DNA of 55,002 nucleotides from a virus (Duplodnaviria; Caudoviricetes): IMG/VR virus record IMGVR_UViG_3300037245_001061, positions 1 to 55,002 of that record; one strand, 5' to 3'. Shown piece by piece: positions 35,835 to 43,413 of this stretch (position 1 is its first letter; each line of letters starts with the position of its first letter). The notes under the pieces were generated by a model. It saw only the letters and a program-made list of their open reading frames with translations, ran no database searches and was not told where the DNA came from. The position numbers and the translations under genes were made by a program.

Positions 35835-36308
35835 ATGGAATGCCCAAACCCTAGATGTCAGCATGGACAAGATGAAAATTGCACAAACTGCAACTCAATA
35901 AAAAGTGATAAAAATCCAGGTATAGGTGCTTGTACGTGGCCTGATAAAGATAATACATCACTTGCCTATACCTACTCAGAAGGTGGCATTGTCGAAGTGG
36001 CTGCAGGCTTGTCTGCCGCGCAAGATGCAGTTGCCAAAGAAACTATGGAGCTTGTTGGATTAGATAGAAAAGAAGCTTGGGATAAAGCAGAACGTGCTAA
36101 GAAACGTTTGGCAGAATTAGACAATGAAGCTATGCGTCAACAAATAGCCGATACTTGTGTTGCTGGCGGTTACTGGAGTGTGTGGATGACAGTTTTTGAA
36201 GGCGATAGCGATATGCGCCAGCGCTTTATTGATGCTATGCCGGGTACAGCACAAGATTGTTTTGATGCTAATACGCAAGCTCTTAGTAGGCCGGGGGGTT
36301 TGGTGTGA
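35835..36308 (+). CDS. Chimeric/truncated HNH endonuclease (C-terminal half of a defence-type HNH protein)
   Basis: C.NCN..K, WPD.DNT, GLDR, EAW, G.WSVWMTVF, PGT motifs; the N-terminal HNH His region is replaced. Confidence 0.6.
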   Translation: MECPNPRCQHGQDENCTNCNSIKSDKNPGIGACTWPDKDNTSLAYTYSEGGIVEVAAGLSAAQDAVAKETMELVGLDRKEAWDKAERAKKRLAELDNEAMRQQIADTCVAGGYWSVWMTVFEGDSDMRQRFIDAMPGTAQDCFDANTQALSRPGGLV

Positions 36309-36347
36309 GCTGCCCACTATTTGATGAATACTAACTAGGAGAACCAC

Positions 36348-36545
36348 ATGAAAACATTACAAGATTTCAAAGACGAACTAAACAAGTTTATATCTGCAAT
36401 CGAGGATAACTACCGGGAGATGTTCAAGGTATTCGAGAAGGCTGGGGAGCTAGATCTCACAGAGGACGAGAACACTGAGGCAATCACGTACATGACTATC
36501 AGGATTGCTAAGATGCAGCAAGTGATAGCTGAGCTGGAGGAGTAG
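36348..36545 (+). CDS. Hypothetical protein
   Basis: AGGAG RBS, backbone-like codon style. Confidence 0.65.
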   Translation: MKTLQDFKDELNKFISAIEDNYREMFKVFEKAGELDLTEDENTEAITYMTIRIAKMQQVIAELEE

Positions 36546-36547
36546 GT

Positions 36548-36847
36548 ATGAAATATATTGCATATCCTGTAACGTGCATACTTTTAGTCACCCTAGGGCC
36601 AATTATTAAAGGGTGGGTTCTGTCCATACTGTGGTCATGGTTTATTGTGGGCACATTCGGACTGCCCGCACTATCCATACCCGCTGCCATAGGACTATCC
36701 CTAGTTGTTGGCTTTATTAACTACTCTAGGGTTGTCAAGGTTGAAGAAGAAGGGCCGCTGGAAGTACTACTTAAGTGGGTAGGAGAGCTATCAGCTAAGT
36801 GCCTCGTTGCCCTGTCCATGGGCTGGGTTATCCTGCAGTTCATTTAA
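36548..36847 (+). CDS. Membrane protein
   Basis: Several hydrophobic segments; LW.WF.V..FGLP.LS...AIGL motif. Confidence 0.7.
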   Translation: MKYIAYPVTCILLVTLGPIIKGWVLSILWSWFIVGTFGLPALSIPAAIGLSLVVGFINYSRVVKVEEEGPLEVLLKWVGELSAKCLVALSMGWVILQFI

Positions 36848-36866
36848 ACAAACAAAGGAGACCACT

Positions 36867-37013
36867 ATGAGGAACATACTATATATCGCAGCATGGATAA
36901 TGTTAATGTACGCCTGCTACTGGGTATTTAAGACATGCAGTTACACCATCTTCTATGAGGGTATGGTGGAGGACACTGTACGGGAGATGGTACTGGAAGA
37001 GTCACTTCAATGA
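36867..37013 (+). CDS. Small membrane protein (48 aa)
   Basis: AAGGAG RBS before ATG 36867. Confidence 0.55.
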   Translation: MRNILYIAAWIMLMYACYWVFKTCSYTIFYEGMVEDTVREMVLEESLQ

Positions 37014-37240
37014 ACATCCGAGACCTCTCCCTAGAGATGGAAGTCTCCTCCAAGGATAACCCCATGGTAACTTACTTCGTGGTATCCATAGGGGAGAGTA
37101 CTTGCACACTAGAGTGGAGGAATACTCTGAAGACTCTTGATGGTGTTGAGTATGTCGATGATGTGTACACTTATGAGGGGATATCCCCTGAGATACTAAG
37201 CCCTGTGGGGAATGAGAGACATGAACGATATGCTGATTAA
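37010..37240 (+). CDS. Hypothetical protein
   Basis: ATGA overlap with upstream gene. Confidence 0.5.
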   Translation: MNIRDLSLEMEVSSKDNPMVTYFVVSIGESTCTLEWRNTLKTLDGVEYVDDVYTYEGISPEILSPVGNERHERYAD

Positions 37241-37469
37241 ATTATTTACTATAGCCGCCAATATTAAGAAAGACGGATGGATAGTGATACCCCCATCCAA
37301 TCGAAAGTACACTGTGACATTGAGGGTGGAGTGGTTTTTAGATAAGAAATATGGATTTGAGCGCAGCTTTACAAGAACAGAGCTTGAGCAGACCAATATA
37401 GACCTTGCTGCAGTGTTTGTAGAAGAAGCTAATCATAATATTGATATGCAACTGAAGCAAAGCGCCTAA
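37212..37469 (+). CDS. Cassette hypothetical protein
   Basis: Ends GCCTAA|C at site 11. Confidence 0.55.
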   Translation: MRDMNDMLIKLFTIAANIKKDGWIVIPPSNRKYTVTLRVEWFLDKKYGFERSFTRTELEQTNIDLAAVFVEEANHNIDMQLKQSA

Positions 37470-37525
37470 CGCCTTAAACAAAAGCCGTAGCGAAGCGAAG
37501 GTCGCTTTGCTTTAAATTGTTATAC
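37464..37525 (-). repeat. attC-like site 11
   Basis: GCCTAAC..AAACAAAAGC..GCGAAGC..GCTTTGCTTT..GTTATAC. Confidence 0.8.
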
Positions 37526-37541
37526 GGCCACTAATTACGGA

Positions 37542-37841
37542 GTGAATGAAATGCTTGGCGAACTGAAAGAAGAGCATAAAACAATAGTTTCCCTTAAAAC
37601 AGAGACATATAAGAGGGGAAACAGTTTTGTGGCGGCCAAAGTGCTGACAACACTAAAAAGAAAGTCGACTGGCTTTGATATTTTAAACGGATCAGTAGCC
37701 GACGAGGTAGGGGATTTGCGGGATATTGAGGGTGTATATCTCTTGCCAGACGGTGAATATGAGCTTGTATATGCAAACCCTAGCCGTGACTGGGAGTCCG
37801 GGGTGTGGGAATTTGAGGGCTATGCACTGAAAGCCGTATAA
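37542..37841 (+). CDS. Cassette hypothetical protein
   Basis: GGAG RBS; DG.Y.L.....SRDWESG motif; ends GCCGTATAA. Confidence 0.7.
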   Translation: MNEMLGELKEEHKTIVSLKTETYKRGNSFVAAKVLTTLKRKSTGFDILNGSVADEVGDLRDIEGVYLLPDGEYELVYANPSRDWESGVWEFEGYALKAV

Positions 37842-37889
37842 TGCTGGAATTAATAAGCCTGAAAGGTCTTTTTCAATGATTTGTTATGT
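37836..37889 (-). repeat. attC-like site 12
   Basis: GTATAATGCTGGAATTAA..CCTGAAAGG..TTCAATGATTTGTTATGT. Confidence 0.75.
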
Positions 37890-37913
37890 GGGGATTTGAA
37901 ACAATGGTGATTT

Positions 37914-38156
37914 ATGATTGATGATGAAGATTTAGAAAAGCTGATACAAGAGAATAAAGACCAAGACATGCACTTTGTGGAGTACTTTAAGCATAAGTTC
38001 ACGTACCGCTTCACTGGAGTTGACGGTGTTAACTACTCTATCTGGTGCGGCGATACAGAAGGAGATATTTACCGTGATGGTTGGAGTGCAACTGAAAAGG
38101 TTGGCTGCTTAAGGGTGAATGGGTGCGTCCATTTTGCCTTGGCGAAAGACACATAA
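37914..38156 (+). CDS. Cassette hypothetical protein
   Basis: Ends CACATAA|C. Confidence 0.65.
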   Translation: MIDDEDLEKLIQENKDQDMHFVEYFKHKFTYRFTGVDGVNYSIWCGDTEGDIYRDGWSATEKVGCLRVNGCVHFALAKDT

Positions 38157-38205
38157 CGCTTGAATTAACGGGCGCGAGAGCGTCCCTTTGAATGATTGGT
38201 TAGCT
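38151..38205 (-). repeat. attC-like site 13 (clearest example)
   Basis: ACATAACGCTTGAATTAACGGGCGC-GAGA-GCGTCCCTTTGAATGATTGGTTAGCT; unpaired T and G on 3' arm. Confidence 0.9.
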
Positions 38206-38217
38206 GTGGAGGCTGAG

Positions 38218-38454
38218 ATGAGGACTATTTCTAGTAGTAACGGGGTGACCCTGGTGTTCCCTGATGACGAACTAGCCAAAGAGTACGCTGATAATTTAGA
38301 ACTACTACACATACAAACGTATAAGAAAATTAGAGATAAGTATGGGGTGTTTGCTGGAAACAATAATAAGTTTGTAGAAAGCAGGGAGAACTTGAGCGCG
38401 CACGACCCCCGATTTATGGAGAACCTGTACGACAGATATTACGATACAGAGTAG
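38218..38454 (+). CDS. Cassette hypothetical protein
   Basis: GGAGG RBS, ATG 38218; followed by ACAGCTAA. Confidence 0.6.
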   Translation: MRTISSSNGVTLVFPDDELAKEYADNLELLHIQTYKKIRDKYGVFAGNNNKFVESRENLSAHDPRFMENLYDRYYDTE

Positions 38455-38456
38455 AC

Positions 38457-38510
38457 AGCTAATACCAAGTTCAAGGGCGCACAGCGTCCCTTGTAACTCA
38501 AATGTTATAC
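38457..38510 (-). repeat. attC-like site 14
   Basis: AGCTAAT..GTTCAAGGGCGC-ACA-GCGTCCCTTGTAAC..GTTATAC; two unpaired T on 3' arm. Confidence 0.8.
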
Positions 38511-38529
38511 CAAACTAAGGAGAACAACA

Positions 38530-38718
38530 ATGTTAGTAGGAAAGAAGTGTTGGGTGGGGAACATGACTAACCCCGACCATGAGGGCTTTACTGCCTACAG
38601 GGGGGTAATAGCCTCTGAACCCCATGTGTGTTCTGATGATTATTTTTACGTTCTAGTGCGATCCGAGGGAAAGTTGGTACGTGTTGATACTGACTATATC
38701 TATGGTGTGGAGGAATGA
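38530..38718 (+). CDS. Hypothetical protein
   Basis: AAGGAG RBS. Confidence 0.65.
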   Translation: MLVGKKCWVGNMTNPDHEGFTAYRGVIASEPHVCSDDYFYVLVRSEGKLVRVDTDYIYGVEE

Positions 38719-38936
38719 TGATGAGGGATTACGAGATAACGGACTTTGAGCTCAACTGTAAAAAGACAGTTGTTAAGGCGCAAGGCGTTGCTGAGGCTAT
38801 GTTTGAGTACCTCCCTTGGCCGAAGTTAGATGTGAATATCTACCTTAACTTTGACAGCCCTTACGAGGTAGTAGACAAATACACAGATTTTAAGTACACA
38901 GTCAGTGCTAAACCCGGTGACACAGGTAGTATTTAA
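38715..38936 (+). CDS. Hypothetical protein
   Basis: ATGA overlap, GGAGG RBS. Confidence 0.65.
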   Translation: MMMRDYEITDFELNCKKTVVKAQGVAEAMFEYLPWPKLDVNIYLNFDSPYEVVDKYTDFKYTVSAKPGDTGSI

Positions 38937-38947
38937 TAGGAGTAGCC

Positions 38948-39175
38948 ATGTACGAAGTAAGAAGCCGCTACTCCTTCTGGGGTGAGCCCACTAGGTATTA
39001 CAAGAAGTGCTTCAGCTCTGTATGGGAGGCATACGACTACCTGTTGGATGAGGACGACATTGACACTTCCAGCCGAGTATTTCGTGTCAGGGGGAGGAGT
39101 GAGCAGGAGGTGAGTTTAAGATTACTAGAGAAGAACTATTGGAGGAATTACAGTGAGACTAACAGACTTAATTAA
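38948..39175 (+). CDS. Hypothetical protein
   Basis: AGGAG RBS. Confidence 0.6.
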   Translation: MYEVRSRYSFWGEPTRYYKKCFSSVWEAYDYLLDEDDIDTSSRVFRVRGRSEQEVSLRLLEKNYWRNYSETNRLN

Positions 39176-39365
39176 GGGTAAGGCAGCAGTATTCGTAGAG
39201 TTCCACGGGGGGAACCTCTTCTATGAGATAGATGGGAAGTTTAGGTTCCCTGTCCCAGTGGATGAGCTCCAAGGGACTTCAGTACTCTCGGAGGAGAAGG
39301 CCTCTGTGTTTATGAAGTGGGTGAAGAGGGCCCTTAAGCAGATTCAAGAGGGCTCCACAGAATGA
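39153..39365 (+). CDS. Hypothetical protein
   Basis: GGAGG RBS; G.L.Y.....F.FPVP..E motif. Confidence 0.65.
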   Translation: MRLTDLIKGKAAVFVEFHGGNLFYEIDGKFRFPVPVDELQGTSVLSEEKASVFMKWVKRALKQIQEGSTE

Positions 39366-39787
39366 TACCAGATAGACAAGTAATAATGCTAGGGACTAAT
39401 GAGATCCCCCACACATCCCTCATCATCAAAGAGGGGGCTGTCTCCGCTTGTCACATCAGATTGAATGTAGAGACTCAGGTTCTGGATAAGGCCGGTAGGG
39501 AGATAGCAACACTCCCTGCAGGGTTTACATCAGACGGGGCTAATATCCCCTATGCATTACGCCTAGTGTTTCCAGTCTGGGGGGAATACACCCTCCCAGT
39601 GTTTGTCCACGACTACTGGAGCAAGAAGGCTATAGATGACAAGGCATGGTCATACAGGGTGTACTGTGATGATAACTTCTCTGACTGGGCTATACAGTGT
39701 GGGGTTAATGAGCGTAGGGCTAAGGCTATGGGAGTGGCTGTGACAGCCTATGGGAAGTTTAATAAATTGAGGGGGGTTTATGAGTGA
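39362..39787 (+). CDS. DUF1353-like protein
   Basis: P.GF.SDGA.IP.........G.Y.....VHDY motif. Confidence 0.75.
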   Translation: MIPDRQVIMLGTNEIPHTSLIIKEGAVSACHIRLNVETQVLDKAGREIATLPAGFTSDGANIPYALRLVFPVWGEYTLPVFVHDYWSKKAIDDKAWSYRVYCDDNFSDWAIQCGVNERRAKAMGVAVTAYGKFNKLRGVYE

Positions 39788-39977
39788 GGGGGAAGTTACC
39801 TTCTACGAGCATGTCGAGGGTGGACTGTCAAAGAAGGGCAGAGGTAAGCTAGCCAACTACGTTGCTCATGGAGCTAAGATCATCTCCGTGCAGGAGGTGG
39901 TGGTGCTAGAGAGGGAAGGTGACTACCTACTACTGACAGTGGAAGGTGAGACTTATAGAGCGACTAAGTGCATTTAA
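39780..39977 (+). CDS. Hypothetical protein
   Basis: Coupled overlap, GAGGGG RBS. Confidence 0.55.
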   Translation: MSEGEVTFYEHVEGGLSKKGRGKLANYVAHGAKIISVQEVVVLEREGDYLLLTVEGETYRATKCI

Positions 39978-39988
39978 GGGGAGGGTTT

Positions 39989-40174
39989 ATGGGTAATTAT
40001 GAGGTAACGGTACAATGCACAGAGGAGTACATCCTCAAAGTGACTGCAGATAACATAGAAGATGCCATAGACAATGCAGAGATCCTGCTGGATATAGCAG
40101 CGGATAGGGGTACGGAAGGTGTTTACCATAACACATCCAAACACCATGCCTCTGCCTACGAGGTGCAGGAATGA
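39989..40174 (+). CDS. Hypothetical protein
   Basis: GGAGG RBS before ATG 39989; Y.V.V.......V.A...EDA...A motif. Confidence 0.6.
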   Translation: MGNYEVTVQCTEEYILKVTADNIEDAIDNAEILLDIAADRGTEGVYHNTSKHHASAYEVQE

Positions 40175-40440
40175 GATACTTACTATTAGTTGGTAGGGAT
40201 CACTACCCTACGGGAAGTGACGACATCTGGGCTAAGGATGATGACCCACTAGAGCTGATACAGGCTATACCCCGCATGATGAAGATGTTGGCGGAGTCGG
40301 GTGCGTATGACGACGAATGCCTACCATTCAAGATGTGGATCGAGGTATACGACCTTGATGAGATGAAGATACACTCTACGGGGAGCCTGACATTCTGTGG
40401 GGAGACATTAGAGACTGTAATTGAATATGAGGAGGAATAG
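40171..40440 (+). CDS. Hypothetical protein
   Basis: MRYLL..G..HYP.G..D motif; ATGA overlap. Confidence 0.65.
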   Translation: MRYLLLVGRDHYPTGSDDIWAKDDDPLELIQAIPRMMKMLAESGAYDDECLPFKMWIEVYDLDEMKIHSTGSLTFCGETLETVIEYEEE

Positions 40441-41454
40441 ATGGCGTTAGAAGACTTAATTAAAGGGGCTAGGTGCCAAACACCCAAGAACATCCCTACG
40501 TATGACTACCAAGAGCCCGTAGCAGCCATAGACGCCCAGCAGGGTATCTTCTGGCTACCCGGAGAGCCTAAGGTAGAGAATGACTTACATTGTATAAAGA
40601 CAGAGCTAACCCCTGCAGAATATCACGGGGTTGTATCCACATTGAAGCTATTCACCCTCTACGAGAGTGTGGCAGGTAATGAGTGGTGGGGAGGGCGCTT
40701 TAAGCGTATGTTCCCCCGGCCTGAGTTCCGAGATATGGGTGCTTGCTTCAGTAACATAGAGCTTAATGTACACAAGAGGTTCTACCAAAGGGTGGACGAG
40801 GTGTTAGGGCTAGATACAGATGAGTTCTACTCTAGCTTCACAGATGACCCCGTACTGAAAGCCCGTATGGACTTCCTCGATGACTGTATCAGCGACAAGA
40901 ATGATCTATTCAGTACTGCAGTATTTAGTATGGTTGAAGGGGCTATCTTATACTCAAGCTTTGCCTTCCTCATGCACTTCCAAGCCGAAGGGAAGAACAT
41001 GATAACCAACATACACTCAGGGCTCACCTTCAGCGTAAAGGATGAGAACCTACACAGCGAGGGAGGGGCTTGGGCATACCGTAACCTACTCAAAGAGCAA
41101 GAGGGGTTAGGGTACAAGGGTAGGGGAGCTATCGAGGGGCGTATTGTGGAGGCTGCACACAAGATATACGAGCATGAATGCCATGTAATCGATATGATCT
41201 TCAGTGAGGGGACTATCAAAGGTATTACAGCCAAACAACTTAAGCACTTTGTAGAGAGCCGTATCAATGTTGTACTACAACAGCTTGGTATAGATAACAT
41301 CTTCAAAGTCCCGTACAATCCAGTAGCCAAATGGTTCTACGAGATGATTGGTGGGGATGCACAGCACGACTTCTTCTATAAGCTTGGAAGTAGTTATAAC
41401 AGGAACTGGAGTGAGAGGGCTTTCGTTTGGAAAGTAGGGGGATTGAATGTCTGA
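40441..41454 (+). CDS. nrdB: Ribonucleotide reductase class I beta subunit
   Basis: FW.P.E, E..VH..FY, VEG...YSSF, DE..H di-metal ligands. Confidence 0.93.
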   Translation: MALEDLIKGARCQTPKNIPTYDYQEPVAAIDAQQGIFWLPGEPKVENDLHCIKTELTPAEYHGVVSTLKLFTLYESVAGNEWWGGRFKRMFPRPEFRDMGACFSNIELNVHKRFYQRVDEVLGLDTDEFYSSFTDDPVLKARMDFLDDCISDKNDLFSTAVFSMVEGAILYSSFAFLMHFQAEGKNMITNIHSGLTFSVKDENLHSEGGAWAYRNLLKEQEGLGYKGRGAIEGRIVEAAHKIYEHECHVIDMIFSEGTIKGITAKQLKHFVESRINVVLQQLGIDNIFKVPYNPVAKWFYEMIGGDAQHDFFYKLGSSYNRNWSERAFVWKVGGLNV

Positions 41455-43144
41455 GAGTATATTTGAGGAGCTATCTGCAGAACGTAAGAAACTACAAAAG
41501 CAAGGTAAGCTGCCTGATTGGTTTACTACTGTTGGGTGGCAAACCTTCAAGGGGAAGTACCTCCATGAGGCAGACACCTTTGAGGAGCAGATTGACCGTA
41601 TAGTTAAGACAGTGGGGAAGTATGCGCCGTCTAACCGAAAGTACTTCAAGAGGCGGTGGAAGGAGCTTATTATGAATAATCATGCCTACCTAGCGACACC
41701 CACACTAGCCAATATAGGAACCAACAGGGGCATGGGGGTTAGTTGCTCTGGGGGTGATATCCCTGATAGTGTATACGGCTTTGGGGATGCTAGGTTAGAG
41801 TGTAGTATATTAAGCCAAGAGGGGTTTGGTACCAGCTCTTACCTAGGCAATATCCGAGAACGAGGGGCTCCTATCTCAAGGGGTGGTAAGGCCAATGGTG
41901 TACTCCCGGTCTTCGAGGACATGGTGAGGATGGCAGAGAACATCTCCCAAGGTGGTGCTCGGAGGGGAGCATGGGCTGGTTACTTACCAATGGAGCATGG
42001 AGACTTCTGGGAAGTTGCAGGGTCTGTGAAGAACGACCCTGATGGGGCTAACGTAGGATGGAATATCCATGACTCTACCATAGCTAAGTTGAACTCTGGG
42101 GACGAGGATACAATTGCCAGATTCCAGAGGTCTCTGTCTCTTAAGATGGTGGCAGGGAGGGGGTACTACTACTTCCCAGACAAAGTGGCAAGGGCAGCCC
42201 CTCAAATGTATAAGGACTTAGGGCTGCGTAGTGTAGCTAGTAATCTCTGCACAGAAATTACTCTACATGCAGATGAGGAGCACTCCTACTCCTGCGTGTT
42301 ATCTGGGATGGTAGCCTCCTCTTACGATGAGTGGAAGAACACCGATGCAGTGTACTGCATGACTATCTTCCTAGATTGCCTAGTGAGTGAGTTCCTAGAT
42401 AGCGCTAAAGATGTACGTGGTCTTGAGAGAATCATCAGAGGTACTGAGAAGGGGAGAGCACTCGGCTTAGGTATGAGCGGCATCCATACGTACTTCCAAA
42501 AGAATATGATGCCTTATGGCGGTATACAAGCCCACATGAAGAACATAGAGATGGCCAAGCACTTAAATAAGGAATCCCTGAGGGCCTCCCAGTGGATGGC
42601 CTCACAATGGGGAGAGCCTGAGTGGTGTAAGGGGTATGGAGTTAGGAATACTCACCGTATAGCGTATGCCCCTAACTTAAGCTCTGCTACCATCTTCGGC
42701 AGTGAGAGTCAAGGCTGTGGGCTGTGGTTTGGGAATGTCTACACCGAGTCTGGTGCTGCGGGGGGTATGTTTAGGGTGAACCCGCTCTTCATCGAGCTAC
42801 TCAAGAAGCATGGTAAATATGATGAGGAGACTATCAACTTTGTACTGAATGACAGCGGCTCTTGTCAGAATCTGGACTTCTTGTCTCAGCTAGAGAAGGA
42901 TGTATTTAGAACTGCATTTGAAGTGAACCAAGAGGATGTCCTTAGGCTATTTAGTCACAGGCAGAGAGAGACTTGCCAATCACAGTCACTGAACCTCCAC
43001 TTTGATGCTGAAGAAGACGAAGAGTACATAGCATACATCCACCAACTGGCATTTGAGGATGAGAATATCCATAGCCTGTACTATGTTAGGGGTAAGGCTG
43101 GAGTAAGTGCCTCTAAAGGTGCATGTTCTAGTTGCGAATCCTAA
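41447..43144 (+). CDS. nrdA: Ribonucleotide reductase class I alpha subunit (short)
   Basis: ATP.LAN, SC, RRGA, SNLCTEI, RALGLG, AP..SS, SLYY and C-terminal CSSC. Confidence 0.95.
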   Translation: MSESIFEELSAERKKLQKQGKLPDWFTTVGWQTFKGKYLHEADTFEEQIDRIVKTVGKYAPSNRKYFKRRWKELIMNNHAYLATPTLANIGTNRGMGVSCSGGDIPDSVYGFGDARLECSILSQEGFGTSSYLGNIRERGAPISRGGKANGVLPVFEDMVRMAENISQGGARRGAWAGYLPMEHGDFWEVAGSVKNDPDGANVGWNIHDSTIAKLNSGDEDTIARFQRSLSLKMVAGRGYYYFPDKVARAAPQMYKDLGLRSVASNLCTEITLHADEEHSYSCVLSGMVASSYDEWKNTDAVYCMTIFLDCLVSEFLDSAKDVRGLERIIRGTEKGRALGLGMSGIHTYFQKNMMPYGGIQAHMKNIEMAKHLNKESLRASQWMASQWGEPEWCKGYGVRNTHRIAYAPNLSSATIFGSESQGCGLWFGNVYTESGAAGGMFRVNPLFIELLKKHGKYDEETINFVLNDSGSCQNLDFLSQLEKDVFRTAFEVNQEDVLRLFSHRQRETCQSQSLNLHFDAEEDEEYIAYIHQLAFEDENIHSLYYVRGKAGVSASKGACSSCES

Positions 43145-43160
43145 ACTAGTGTGTTATACT
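43132..43160 (+). promoter_or_regulatory. Promoter TTGCGA-N17-TATACT with TG extension
   Basis: 17-nt spacer; GTGTGTTATACT is shared with the promoter at 51359-51388. Confidence 0.65.
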
Positions 43161-43166
43161 ATAAGA

Positions 43167-43405
43167 ACGTCCGGGCAAGCCTCTCAACGATGCTCAAACT
43201 GCTGACCTGAAATTACAGGTATCACTGGAGACCAATATAGCTACCTACAGATCCCCTCTCCCACGGAGTATTAGTGGTGATGGGCTGTAGGGTACGAGAG
43301 CTTGAGGATGCGCGCTCCAGTTCGGTTATCGTCCCAGTTAAAGCTGGGGGGAGCTTCAATCCGCTATCTCCTAGGGAGAGTAGCCCCGGATGCTGGTAAC
43401 CGGGA
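43167..43405 (+). ncRNA. Putative structured ncRNA (multi-hairpin)
   Basis: ACTGGAG/CTCCAGT, CCTACAG/CTGTAGG, CCCAG/CTGGG, GCTA-TCTCC/GGAGA-TAGC, CCCGG/CCGGG stems; no ORF; ends approximate. Confidence 0.45.
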
Positions 43406-43413
43406 TTAAGTTT

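Larger units (their letters stand above)
31455..38510. mobile_element. Array of integron-like gene cassettes with inverted attC sites, no integrase in window
   Basis: 14 complete ..AA(C/T)...GTT hairpin sites plus several half sites separate unrelated small ORFs; base composition differs from backbone. Confidence 0.85.

Noticed and set aside
31455-38510. Spacers read as a CRISPR array or intrinsic terminators
   Set aside because: Units are non-identical and separated by whole genes, and they lack U-tracts; AAC/GTT ends and asymmetric bulges fit attC.
26800-40440. An integron integrase or other tyrosine recombinase
   Set aside because: No ORF of suitable size with an R..H..R..H/W..Y signature; the only large ORF has polymerase motifs. 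One could lie outside the window.
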